Below are positions 44,363-53,875 of a DNA stretch of 64,000 bases, in pieces. The stretch covers positions 13,149 to 77,148 of the forward strand of contig CAXUIG010000002.1 in assembly GCA_964250845.1 (NCBI GenBank), given 5' to 3'. The notes beneath the pieces are model-generated. The model did no database searches and was not told the origin of the DNA. It saw nothing but the letters and a program-made list of their open reading frames with translations. Within the stretch, counting starts at the first letter, position 1; each line of letters begins with the position of its first letter. Source of the stretch: an uncultured bacterium (GTDB taxonomy: Bacteria > Cyanobacteriota > Cyanobacteriia > Cyanobacteriales > Chroococcidiopsidaceae). The position numbers and the translations under genes are program-made.

Positions 44363-46064
44363 CGCAAATAACGTTTTGCACCTTGGAGATGATATCAATA
44401 CCGATGATATTATTCCTGCCCAGCGGGCAACGACAGATGACCCTGAGCACTTAAAACAGAATGCTTTAGAATATCTCATCGGTCCAGGCGAACTGCTAAA
44501 ATACGATGTGATTGAAGCCGGAGAAAATTTCGGCTGTGGTTCCAGCCGAGAAGTTGCCCCCATTGCCCTCAAAGCCGCCGGAATTCAGAAGATTCGTGCG
44601 CGATCGTTTGCCGAAATTTTTTATCGTAATAGCATCAATATTGGACTGTCCCTAGAAATTCTGGGGGAAAAACAGCAGAACCCAGTAGTTGATGCGATCG
44701 CAGCAGCAGGCGGGCTGATGCCTTTTAATCAGATGCGTCGTCGCTACGAGATCACCATTCCTCCCAGCCTCACCCCTCCACGACCCATGACTTTAGTGGA
44801 AAAACTCTTGGCCCTCGCCTCCGGAAATTCCTACGTCCAGCCTGGAGAGGTGGTTTTTGCCCAGGTCGATTTAGCCTTATCCCATGATGCAGTGGCCGGT
44901 CCTGTGGCCAAAATATTTTATCAACAGTATGGAGAAGGGGCAAAGTTGTGGGACTCCCAACGGGTAGTTTTGGTAGCAGATCACTTTATCCAAGTCAATG
45001 ACATCCGTGCTGATCACAAAGCCCATCTCATGTATGAACAGATGGTTCAGTTTGCCCAAGACCAAGGATGCCACTTATTTGATGTGGTTTCCCCAGGTGA
45101 AGCAGCAGGCATCTGCCACGTTTTACTGCCAGAACAAGGGTTTATCCGACCAGGAATGGTGATTGCCGGTACAGATTCTCATACTTGCACCTACGGGGCA
45201 TTGGGAGCCTTTTCTACAGGCGTAGGAACGACGGATATGGCCAATATTTTTGCCATGGGGGATATGTGGATTCGTGTTCCCCCAACCCTAGTATTCGAGT
45301 TGTCTGGAACCCTGCCTCCCCAAATCAGTGCCAAAGATATTATCCTGTTTATCCTGGGGCAAATCGGCTGTGGTGGTGCAACCAGTAGGGTGATGGAGTT
45401 TAAAGGGTCGATCATCGAGCAATTACCCCTTGATGAACGGATGACGCTAGCCAATATGGCAATCGAGTGTGGTGCGATGTGTGGCTTGATTGCTCCTGAT
45501 CAGGTGACCCGTAAGTATGTAAAAAACAGCACATCACAATGGTTTGAAGAGATTATCGCCGATTCTGATGCTGAGTACGAAAGGATTTATCAATTTGACC
45601 TGAGTGATTTAGAACCGCAAGTCGCACGCCCCCCAAAACCGGATCAGGTAGTTGCCATTAGTCAGTTAGGGGACATTCCTATTACCAAAGCCTTTATTGG
45701 CTCTTGTACGGGGGGCAAACTCTACGATCTAGCTCAGGCAGCGGAAGTTTTGAAGGATCGCCAACTGGCAGACGGCGTAAACTTGTTTATTGTACCTGCT
45801 TCGGTTGAGATTCGCCAACAAGCCCAAGCGTTAGGCTATCTCGACATTTTTGAACGAGCAGGGGCACAGATTCTGAAGTCAGGTTGTGGGGCTTGTATCA
45901 ACTCTGGACTTGGGGTTTTGGCAAAAGAAGAAACAGGGGTTTATGCAACCAATCGCAATTTTAAAGGACGCAGCGGCGATCCAACCGGCAAAAACTATTT
46001 GGCCTCCCCAAGAACGGTGGCCATCTCAGCCGTAAATGGAAAAATTAGTCATGATCTCGATTAA
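44355..46064 (+). CDS. hphCD: Fused aconitase-superfamily isomerase: a LeuD-like small-subunit domain at the N-terminus and a LeuC-like large-subunit domain at the C-terminus. Candidate HphCD.
   Basis: ORF track, 569 aa. N-terminus: GDDINTDDIIPA, ENFGCGSSREVAP. C-terminus: GTDSHTCTYGALGAFSTGVGTTDMA, IGSCTGGK, NRNFKGRSG. The start overlaps the upstream stop by 8 nt (ATGAGTAA). Confidence 0.7.
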   Translation: MSNANNVLHLGDDINTDDIIPAQRATTDDPEHLKQNALEYLIGPGELLKYDVIEAGENFGCGSSREVAPIALKAAGIQKIRARSFAEIFYRNSINIGLSLEILGEKQQNPVVDAIAAAGGLMPFNQMRRRYEITIPPSLTPPRPMTLVEKLLALASGNSYVQPGEVVFAQVDLALSHDAVAGPVAKIFYQQYGEGAKLWDSQRVVLVADHFIQVNDIRADHKAHLMYEQMVQFAQDQGCHLFDVVSPGEAAGICHVLLPEQGFIRPGMVIAGTDSHTCTYGALGAFSTGVGTTDMANIFAMGDMWIRVPPTLVFELSGTLPPQISAKDIILFILGQIGCGGATSRVMEFKGSIIEQLPLDERMTLANMAIECGAMCGLIAPDQVTRKYVKNSTSQWFEEIIADSDAEYERIYQFDLSDLEPQVARPPKPDQVVAISQLGDIPITKAFIGSCTGGKLYDLAQAAEVLKDRQLADGVNLFIVPASVEIRQQAQALGYLDIFERAGAQILKSGCGACINSGLGVLAKEETGVYATNRNFKGRSGDPTGKNYLASPRTVAISAVNGKISHDLD

Positions 46065-46118
46065 AGACTGAGCTGTAAGATCAATAGAGAAATATTGTCA
46101 GGATTTTAGGTAATTCCA

Positions 46119-46520
46119 ATGGACGAAATCGTAAAAAAAATTGCCGGTCTGGGTCTTCCTGGCGTGATTCTCGTGATTACAATGGCCGCATCAGGGGGGG
46201 TGGGTAGTTCCTACGCCATTATAGCTGCGATCGCGGGGTTGGGAGGTCCGTTTGGCATCGTAGGAGGTATAGGCATGCTTAGTCTGATGACACTTGTGGG
46301 GGAGGCTCTAGCGGGATATGGAATTGAAACCATTCTTCATAGCATCTATGCAGAACGCAGCCAAACCGAATCCGCGAGATTTCTCCTCAAAGAAATTAAA
46401 GCTTTACCCATTACAGAGGAGCTAAAACTCAAACTTAAAACTCAACTTGGCCCAGAACAAATCAGTAGTGATTCTAAAGAGTCTCAGGCCCCAAAGACAA
46501 TTGAAATCACAGATGATTAA
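46119..46520 (+). CDS. Small membrane protein, paralogue of 37458..37829.
   Basis: ORF track, 133 aa. It has the same conserved blocks as the 123-aa paralogue and starts 54 nt downstream of the LeuDC-like stop. Confidence 0.8.
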   Translation: MDEIVKKIAGLGLPGVILVITMAASGGVGSSYAIIAAIAGLGGPFGIVGGIGMLSLMTLVGEALAGYGIETILHSIYAERSQTESARFLLKEIKALPITEELKLKLKTQLGPEQISSDSKESQAPKTIEITDD

Positions 46521-46743
46521 TTTCAATGTTACATTCTTTGAGCCAGGTCTAATGGCACTAATGAAATCATTAAGAACTAAGATGCGTATAATTTAGATGC
46601 GTTTGACCTGGTGGATGTCCCAAAATTGCTGAAATTTATCCTAATTTTGAAAATTCCTAGCTCATGTTCAAACATGACAAAGAACCGAAGGTGTTGAAAG
46701 GGGTGAGATAGCGGTAAGACTTTAATTAATTTAAAAGAGAGAT

Positions 46744-47154
46744 ATGAACAATAGCAATCTTTCTGATATAGAAATAGAAAAATTTCTTTGTGGTAAATGG
46801 CGCTTTGATACGTCTTGGGAAAAAATATATATTGGATTTAGGAATGATATGACCTATGAGCAAACCAGGATTGAAACATTTATTTTATCTAAACCTAGGG
46901 AATTTATAACAGGTAATAAATTTAATGGGGTATGGCACGTAAGTGAAAGGAAATTGTGGTTAAATGTTAAAAGTATTCCGAACTCCATTTTTAATTTCCA
47001 GATCCCGCTATTATCTAAGGTTTCTGTTGCAGATATGGCAGCTAGATTCGGTTCTATGTTTATGACAGAAAAGTATGAAGTCATTGAAATTAATAGTTTT
47101 AAATTTCTGATTATGGATGTAGACGAATCAATTGTTGGCACCAGAATAACTTAA
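46744..47154 (+). CDS. Hypothetical protein in a visibly AT-rich segment.
   Basis: ORF track, 136 aa. I recognise no motif. An antisense ORF (46854..47141) overlaps it and is less plausible. Composition is much more AT-rich than the flanking genes. Confidence 0.5.
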   Translation: MNNSNLSDIEIEKFLCGKWRFDTSWEKIYIGFRNDMTYEQTRIETFILSKPREFITGNKFNGVWHVSERKLWLNVKSIPNSIFNFQIPLLSKVSVADMAARFGSMFMTEKYEVIEINSFKFLIMDVDESIVGTRIT

Positions 47155-47295
47155 TAGTTCAAAACTAGTAGAGATTGTAAAATGGCTTTTGCCATCACTG
47201 GATGGTGACCACACAACCAAAACTTACCATCACTACATCAAGCACATATCAGTAGTGATGACTTTAGTAAAATTTTTAATTCGTGCATTACGTTT

Positions 47296-50200
47296 ATGGA
47301 AAAAAAAGTGATTGGTTCTACTCAGTCTATTGATAATTTTTCCGCTTTAACTGAAGGTGAGCGGCGCAAACTCCTGGTGGAGTGGAATGATACAAGCGTA
47401 AATTACCCTAAGCACCTATGTATACATCAGTTATTTGAAGCACAGGTAGACAAGACTCCAGACAGTATAGCTGTCGTCTTCGAGGAGCAGCAACTTACTT
47501 ATCAGGAGTTGAACCACCGAGCCAACCAGTTGGCGCACTATCTGCAAGGTTTGGGTGTAGGGCCAGAGGTGCTTGTAGGCATTTGCGTCGATCGCTCCCT
47601 AGAGATGGTCGTAGGACTGCTGGGCATCCTCAAGGCAGGTGGAGCATATGTGCCGCTAGACCCAACGTATCCCAAAGAGCGTCTATCGTTCATGCTGTCA
47701 GATTCACAAGTGCAGGTGCTGTTGACCCAACAAAAGTTCGTTGAAGGGTTTACTGGAAGCGCGGCAAAGGTGGTTTGTCTGGATACTGATAGGAAATCCG
47801 TTAACCGCCAGAGCCAAGAGAATCCCACTAGCAACGTAATGGCTGATAACCTGGCTTACGTCATCTACACCTCCGGTTCTACAGGAACACCAAAGGGAGT
47901 AGCTGTGCCGCATCGGGCTGTCAATCGGCTAGTATGCAACACAAACTACGTAAAGTTAGTGCCTAGCGATCGCGTTGCCCAAGCCTCAAATGCTTCATTT
48001 GACGCAGCTACATTCGAAATCTGGGGCTCTCTCCTTCACGGGGCAACGCTTGTCGGAATTCCTCATGATGTTGTGCTTTCGCCCCAGAACTTCGCAGTGT
48101 ACATCCGCGAACAAGGTATTAGCGTATTATTCTTAACGACAGCCTTATTTAATCAGTTAGCCAGCGTTGTCCCCCAGGTATTTAAAGACCTGCGACACTT
48201 GCTATTTGGAGGCGAGGCTGTAGATCCCAAGTCGGTCAAAGCGGTTTTCAGGAATGGGGCGCCACAGCGATTGCTGCATGTTTATGGACCGACTGAGAGT
48301 ACAACATTCTCTTCCTGGTATCTAGTACAGGACATTCCGGAAGGGGCTACAAACCTGCCAATTGGTCGCCCGATCTCCAATACACAAATCTACCTACTGG
48401 ACTCCAAACTTCAACCAGTTCCCATTGGATTAGCTGGTGAATTATACATTGGCGGCGACGGCTTGGCACGAGGCTACCTGAACGCAAGAGAGTTAACTGA
48501 GGAAAAATTCATTCCCAATCCCTTCAGTCAAGAACAGGAGGCACGCCTTTACAAAACTGGCGACTTAGCCCGCTTCTTACCAGACGGCAACATTGAGTTT
48601 ATTGGTCGGATTGACACTCAGGTGAAGATTCGTGGCTTTCGCATTGAACTAGGAGAAATTGAGGCGCTTTTGAGTCAACACCCGGATGTACGGCAGGCAG
48701 TAGTCATAGCCCGTGAAGACACCCCTGGTGATAAGCGCCTTGTCGCCTATGCCGTCCCCAACCAACAACCTGATGCGATCGCTAGTACCCTAAAACGCTT
48801 CCTCCAGGAAAAGCTACCCAACTACATGGTGCCAGCGGTCTTTGTGATCCTAGACTCCTTGCCCCTCACCCCCAATGGTAAGGTGGATCGTCAGGCAATG
48901 CCAGCCCCCGACCGCACACGCCCTGATCTCGAAGAAACCTTTGTCGCACCTCGTAACCCAATTGAGGAGACGCTAGCGGTGATCTGGGCTGAGTTACTGG
49001 GACTTGAGCAGATTGGAGCCAATGACAATTTTTTCCATCTGGGTGGTCATTCGCTAATCGCAACCCAGATCCTTTCGCGCGTGCGCGAAGTTTTCCAAAT
49101 TGAGTTGTCCTTTCACCACATCTTTGAAAACCCCACCGTAGCGGGCCTAGCTCAGCTAATCGAACAGTGGAACCGCCTACAGCAGCAGTTGCAGCGTCCT
49201 GCCATACAACGAATTCCGCGTCAGGGACTTTTGCCAGTCTCCTTTGCCCAAGAGCGAGTGTACTTCATCCAGCAATTGGCTCCTGAAAGTAGTGCCTACC
49301 AATTCCAGGCAACTATGCGATTTAAGGGTCAGCTGGATGTGGCGGTATTACAACAGTGCCTCAACGAGATTGTGCTGCGTCATGAAATCTTTCGCACGAC
49401 TTATCCGGCGGTAAATGGACGGCTATTTCAGGTAATCCACCCACCCCAACCAATCAGCTTCAGAGTGGTTGACCTCCAGACATTCCCTGAATCTGAACGT
49501 GAAACAGAGGCGACTCGACTGCTTGAGGCAGAAGTGCAAAAGCCCTTTGACCTGAATCAACTACCATTAGTCAGGTGGGTTTTGTTGAGGTTAAGCGACC
49601 AAGAACATCTGTTAATCCATATCGAGCATCACATGGCTCATGATGGTTGGTCCTTCAACGTGTTCCTGGGTGAGTTAGTGGGACTTTATCAAGCGTTCTC
49701 ACTGGGAGATCCTTCCCCGCTTCCTGAACCAGTCCTCCAGTTCGCGGACTTTGCCCATTGGCAGCGACAGTGGGTCAAAAGCCAGGAAGCCCAAGCCCAA
49801 TTGGCCTATTGGCAGCAGAAGTTATCCGGCAGTTCACCCCTCTTGGAATTACCCTATGACCGCCCGCGACCTGCAGAGCAAACTTACCAGGGCGATCAAA
49901 TCAGGGTGGAACTTCCCATCAACTTGTGCGAATCCCTCAGACTTCTGAGCCGTCAAGAGGGTGTCACCTTATTCATGACGATGCTGGCAGCTTTTCTGGT
50001 AATGTTGCGCCGATACACCGGGCAGGACGACCTTAGCGTAGGGACTGCTGTTGCCAATCGGCGGATGCGCGAGATAGAGCGGTTAATTGGCATGATCGTC
50101 AATAACCTGGTTTTACGCACCGATTTGTCTAGCAATCCCACATTTCGGGAGTTAGTTGGTCGAGTGCGCTCCTGTACTCTGGAAGCCTATGCCAACGAAG

Positions 50201-53200
50201 ACCTACCCTTCGATAAGGTGGTGGAGGTTCTCAAGCCAATACGGAACCTGAGTCACAATCCCCTGTTTCAAGTGATGTTCAGCTTCCATGATTCCCCCCT
50301 GCCGGACTTGAGTCTCCCAGGCTTGAATATCAGCCTGCATGAACCTGTGAGCAACAAATCGGCAAAGTTTGATCTGGATTTCCTTGTCATACCACGTTCT
50401 GAGCAACGTGTGCAGAACAGTTCTAAAACGGGAGCGAAGGGAATCACTCTAGTCTTAGAATACAACAGTGACCTATTCGATGCCGCCACAATCCAACGAA
50501 TACTAGAGCAGTATCAAACTTTACTAGAGGGGATTGTTGCCAACCCAGAGCATCGAGTTTTCGAATTACCACTGCTAACGCAGGCCCAGCAGCAGTTACT
50601 GGTGGAGTGGAATCAGACTCACAGGGAGTATCCCTCTAAGGAATGTGTCCATCAGTTATTTGCAGCCCAAGTGGAGCTAACGCCCGATGCTGTAGCTATC
50701 CAGCAGTCAGGTCAACACCTAACCTACCGCGAATTGAACGATCGCGCCAACCAACTAGCACACTATCTGCAAAATTTGGGAGTCAAACCAGAAACCCTAG
50801 TTGGCATCTGCGTAGAGCGAACACTCGAGATGATTGTCGGCTTACTCGGCATTCTCAAAGCGGGGGGTGCTTATGTTCCTCTTGACCCTGCCTATCCAAA
50901 AGAGCGACTGGCTTACATTCTAGAAGATACGCAACTGGGCATTCTCCTGACTCAAGAAAGATTACTCGCCTTCCTACCAGATCAGGCGAGAAAAACGATC
51001 TGTTTAGATACGGACTGGGCAGTAATTGCTCAACACAGTACAGCCAACCCTATTAGTGACGTTCAACTCCACAACCTGGCCTACATTATTTACACCTCTG
51101 GTTCCACGGGCAAACCCAAGGGGGTAATGATTGAACATCGGTCACTGATGAATTTTGTCATCACCGCCGCCCACGAATATGGAATTAATGCAGGCGATCG
51201 CATTCTGCAATTTGCCTCTATCTGCTTTGATACATCTGTTGAAGAAATCTTTCCCAGTCTATTAGTCGGCGCAACATTAGTGCTGCGAACCGAACAGATG
51301 CTGCACTCGGGCGATGAATTTTGGCGGTGTTGCCGAGAATGGCAATTGACCCTTTTGAATTTTCCCACAGCATATTGGCATCAGTTGGCGGCGGAACTTA
51401 CCCCTCAAGACCCCCGTATTCCCTCTAGTCTTAGAACCGTGATTGTTGGGGGAGAAGAAGCTCAACTCGAAAAAGTCAGGCGTTGGCACAGTAGTGTTGC
51501 TCATTTCCCCAATCCACCCCAATTATTTAATAGTTACGGGCCAACGGAAGCAACGGTCATAACCACTCTACACCGCTTAAATTCCCCAGCAGCCACCTCC
51601 GTTTCGATTGGACGACCTATAAGCAATGCTCAGGTCTATGTCCTGGATCAATATCTGCAACCTGTGCCAATAGGAGTTCCCGGAGAACTGTATATTGGCG
51701 GATCTCTCTTAGCCAGAGGATATTGGCAACGCCCTGAACTCACGGCTGAGAAATTTATCCAGAATCCAGTTATTGATGCAACCTGCGATCGCCTCTACAA
51801 AACAGGGGACTTAGCACGATTTCGAGCAGATGGCAACCTGGAATATCTTGGTCGAGTTGACGATCAGGTGAAGATTCGCGGCTTCCGCATCGAGTTGGGA
51901 GAAATCGAGATCGTGCTGAGTCAACATCCACAGGTGCTCCAATCTGTCGTCATTGCACGCGAAGACATTCCCGGACAAAAGCGCCTAGTGGCTTATGTCG
52001 TTGGGCACCAGCCGCAACCAAACGCCAATGAACTGCGCCATTTCCTGAAGCAGCTCCTGCCTAATTACATGGTGCCCTCGGCTTTCGTGCTGCTGGAAGC
52101 GCTGCCGATGACTCCCAACCGGAAGGTAGACTACCGCGCCTTACCAGCCCCCGATTTCTCCCGCAGTGGGGAAGATAACTTTGTTGCCCCCCGCACCCCC
52201 ACAGAAGAGAGATTAGCGGCAATCTGGTCAGAAATCTTAAGACTAGAACTTGTCGGCATCCACGATAACTTCTTTGAACTGGGCGGAGACTCCATCCTTA
52301 GCATTCAGGTAATTTCCCGAGCCAATCAGGCGGGTATCCAAATTGCCCCCAAACAGCTAGTTCAGTACCAAACCATTGCTGAGTTAGCTGCCGTGGCAGG
52401 CATCAGTCGCCTTTTTCAAGCCGAACAAGGGTTAGTGACTGGCTCGGTGGCGCTGACACCCATCCAGCAGTGGTTTTTCGAGCAGAAATTGCCTGCTCCT
52501 CATTTCTTTAACCAGTCAGCACTGCTGGAGGTGCCGCCAGACTTGACACATGAGCAATTGCAGCGAGTCGTACAACAATTGTTAGTGCATCACGATGCTC
52601 TGCGTCTGCGGTTTGTGCAAGAAGACGAACACACTCAGCAGATTAACGCCGCCGCCCAGGAACCTGTGCCATTTAGCGTCATCGATTTGTCACACCTGTC
52701 GGCAGAAGAACAACAAACAGCGATGAAAGCTGCGGATTCTGAACTCCAGGCTAGTCTGAACCTATCCACTGGGCCTATCGTGCGAGTGGCGCTGTTTCAA
52801 CTGGGTTTGGATCAACCTGGTCGGTTACTGTTCATCATCCATCATTTAGCAGTAGATGGCATCTCGTGGCGGATTTTGCTCGAAGACTTAGCTACTGCCT
52901 ACCAACAAATCAGCCGTGGCGAAGCGATTAAACTACCGCCCAAGACCACTTCCTTCCAAGATTGGGGCGATCGCTTAATAGAATATGGGCAATCAGACGC
53001 GATCGCTACGGAGCTGGATTACTGGCTGAGTGAGTCTAGTTTTAAAGTTACTGCCCTGCCAGTAGACTATCCTTCAGGTAAAGAGGACAACAACTTAGCC
53101 TCAACCGCTTCTGTGTCACTTTCTTTAAGTGAAGAACAGACCCGCGCCCTCTTGCAGGATGTACCCTCTGCCTACAACACTCAAATTAACGATGTGTTGT

Positions 53201-53868
53201 TGACTGCCTTAGTGCAGAGCTTTACCCAATGGACGGGAGAACGTTCACTGCTCGTTGACCTTGAAGGTCATGGACGGGAAGACTTATTTGAGGATGTGGA
53301 TCTGTCACGCACCGTGGGCTGGTTTACCACCTTATTCCCCGTTCGGTTACAGCTAGAAGAAGTTGACCATCCAGGAGAGGCTTTAAAGTTAGTCAAAGAG
53401 CAACTGCGGCGCATCCCCAACCGGGGCATTGGCTATGGCGTGTTGCGATATTTGGGGCAGGATGACACAACACGCAGGAAACTACAGACGCTATCCCAGG
53501 CGGAAATAAGTTTTAACTACCTTGGTCAGTTCGATCAGGTGCTTAGGGCATCTGCTGTGTTGGGTTTGGCTAAAGAATTCAAAGCTGAACAGAGCGAACT
53601 TGGCAGACGCAGCCACCTGTTAGGAGTAAGCGGATTCATTCGCTCAGGAAAGCTGGAAATGACTTGGACTTACAGTGAGAAAGTTCACAAGCGAGCCACC
53701 ATTGAACGGTGCGCTTTTGGATTCATGGAAGCATTAAAAACCCTGATTGCTCACTGTCAGTCTCCAGAGTCCCAAGGCTATACGCCTTCTGACTTTTCTG
53801 CTGCAAAACTCAATCAACAACAGCTTGATAAATTCCTAGCCAAGATTAACAAAGACAAAACCAAGTAG
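47296..53868 (+). CDS. aptA: Anabaenopeptin-type NRPS, bimodular A-T-C-A-T-E.
   Basis: ORF track, 2190 aa. It starts with an A domain (no C). T: FFHLGGHSL. C has EHHMAHDGWS. Second A, then T (FFELGGDSILSIQV), then E (HHLAVDGISW, EGHGRED). Hand-read codes: DAFFLGVTFK and DTENIGSVIK. This matches the AptA/ApnA layout (exocyclic residue plus D-Lys). Confidence 0.85.
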   Translation: MEKKVIGSTQSIDNFSALTEGERRKLLVEWNDTSVNYPKHLCIHQLFEAQVDKTPDSIAVVFEEQQLTYQELNHRANQLAHYLQGLGVGPEVLVGICVDRSLEMVVGLLGILKAGGAYVPLDPTYPKERLSFMLSDSQVQVLLTQQKFVEGFTGSAAKVVCLDTDRKSVNRQSQENPTSNVMADNLAYVIYTSGSTGTPKGVAVPHRAVNRLVCNTNYVKLVPSDRVAQASNASFDAATFEIWGSLLHGATLVGIPHDVVLSPQNFAVYIREQGISVLFLTTALFNQLASVVPQVFKDLRHLLFGGEAVDPKSVKAVFRNGAPQRLLHVYGPTESTTFSSWYLVQDIPEGATNLPIGRPISNTQIYLLDSKLQPVPIGLAGELYIGGDGLARGYLNARELTEEKFIPNPFSQEQEARLYKTGDLARFLPDGNIEFIGRIDTQVKIRGFRIELGEIEALLSQHPDVRQAVVIAREDTPGDKRLVAYAVPNQQPDAIASTLKRFLQEKLPNYMVPAVFVILDSLPLTPNGKVDRQAMPAPDRTRPDLEETFVAPRNPIEETLAVIWAELLGLEQIGANDNFFHLGGHSLIATQILSRVREVFQIELSFHHIFENPTVAGLAQLIEQWNRLQQQLQRPAIQRIPRQGLLPVSFAQERVYFIQQLAPESSAYQFQATMRFKGQLDVAVLQQCLNEIVLRHEIFRTTYPAVNGRLFQVIHPPQPISFRVVDLQTFPESERETEATRLLEAEVQKPFDLNQLPLVRWVLLRLSDQEHLLIHIEHHMAHDGWSFNVFLGELVGLYQAFSLGDPSPLPEPVLQFADFAHWQRQWVKSQEAQAQLAYWQQKLSGSSPLLELPYDRPRPAEQTYQGDQIRVELPINLCESLRLLSRQEGVTLFMTMLAAFLVMLRRYTGQDDLSVGTAVANRRMREIERLIGMIVNNLVLRTDLSSNPTFRELVGRVRSCTLEAYANEDLPFDKVVEVLKPIRNLSHNPLFQVMFSFHDSPLPDLSLPGLNISLHEPVSNKSAKFDLDFLVIPRSEQRVQNSSKTGAKGITLVLEYNSDLFDAATIQRILEQYQTLLEGIVANPEHRVFELPLLTQAQQQLLVEWNQTHREYPSKECVHQLFAAQVELTPDAVAIQQSGQHLTYRELNDRANQLAHYLQNLGVKPETLVGICVERTLEMIVGLLGILKAGGAYVPLDPAYPKERLAYILEDTQLGILLTQERLLAFLPDQARKTICLDTDWAVIAQHSTANPISDVQLHNLAYIIYTSGSTGKPKGVMIEHRSLMNFVITAAHEYGINAGDRILQFASICFDTSVEEIFPSLLVGATLVLRTEQMLHSGDEFWRCCREWQLTLLNFPTAYWHQLAAELTPQDPRIPSSLRTVIVGGEEAQLEKVRRWHSSVAHFPNPPQLFNSYGPTEATVITTLHRLNSPAATSVSIGRPISNAQVYVLDQYLQPVPIGVPGELYIGGSLLARGYWQRPELTAEKFIQNPVIDATCDRLYKTGDLARFRADGNLEYLGRVDDQVKIRGFRIELGEIEIVLSQHPQVLQSVVIAREDIPGQKRLVAYVVGHQPQPNANELRHFLKQLLPNYMVPSAFVLLEALPMTPNRKVDYRALPAPDFSRSGEDNFVAPRTPTEERLAAIWSEILRLELVGIHDNFFELGGDSILSIQVISRANQAGIQIAPKQLVQYQTIAELAAVAGISRLFQAEQGLVTGSVALTPIQQWFFEQKLPAPHFFNQSALLEVPPDLTHEQLQRVVQQLLVHHDALRLRFVQEDEHTQQINAAAQEPVPFSVIDLSHLSAEEQQTAMKAADSELQASLNLSTGPIVRVALFQLGLDQPGRLLFIIHHLAVDGISWRILLEDLATAYQQISRGEAIKLPPKTTSFQDWGDRLIEYGQSDAIATELDYWLSESSFKVTALPVDYPSGKEDNNLASTASVSLSLSEEQTRALLQDVPSAYNTQINDVLLTALVQSFTQWTGERSLLVDLEGHGREDLFEDVDLSRTVGWFTTLFPVRLQLEEVDHPGEALKLVKEQLRRIPNRGIGYGVLRYLGQDDTTRRKLQTLSQAEISFNYLGQFDQVLRASAVLGLAKEFKAEQSELGRRSHLLGVSGFIRSGKLEMTWTYSEKVHKRATIERCAFGFMEALKTLIAHCQSPESQGYTPSDFSAAKLNQQQLDKFLAKINKDKTK

Positions 53869-53875
53869 AGGTAGT

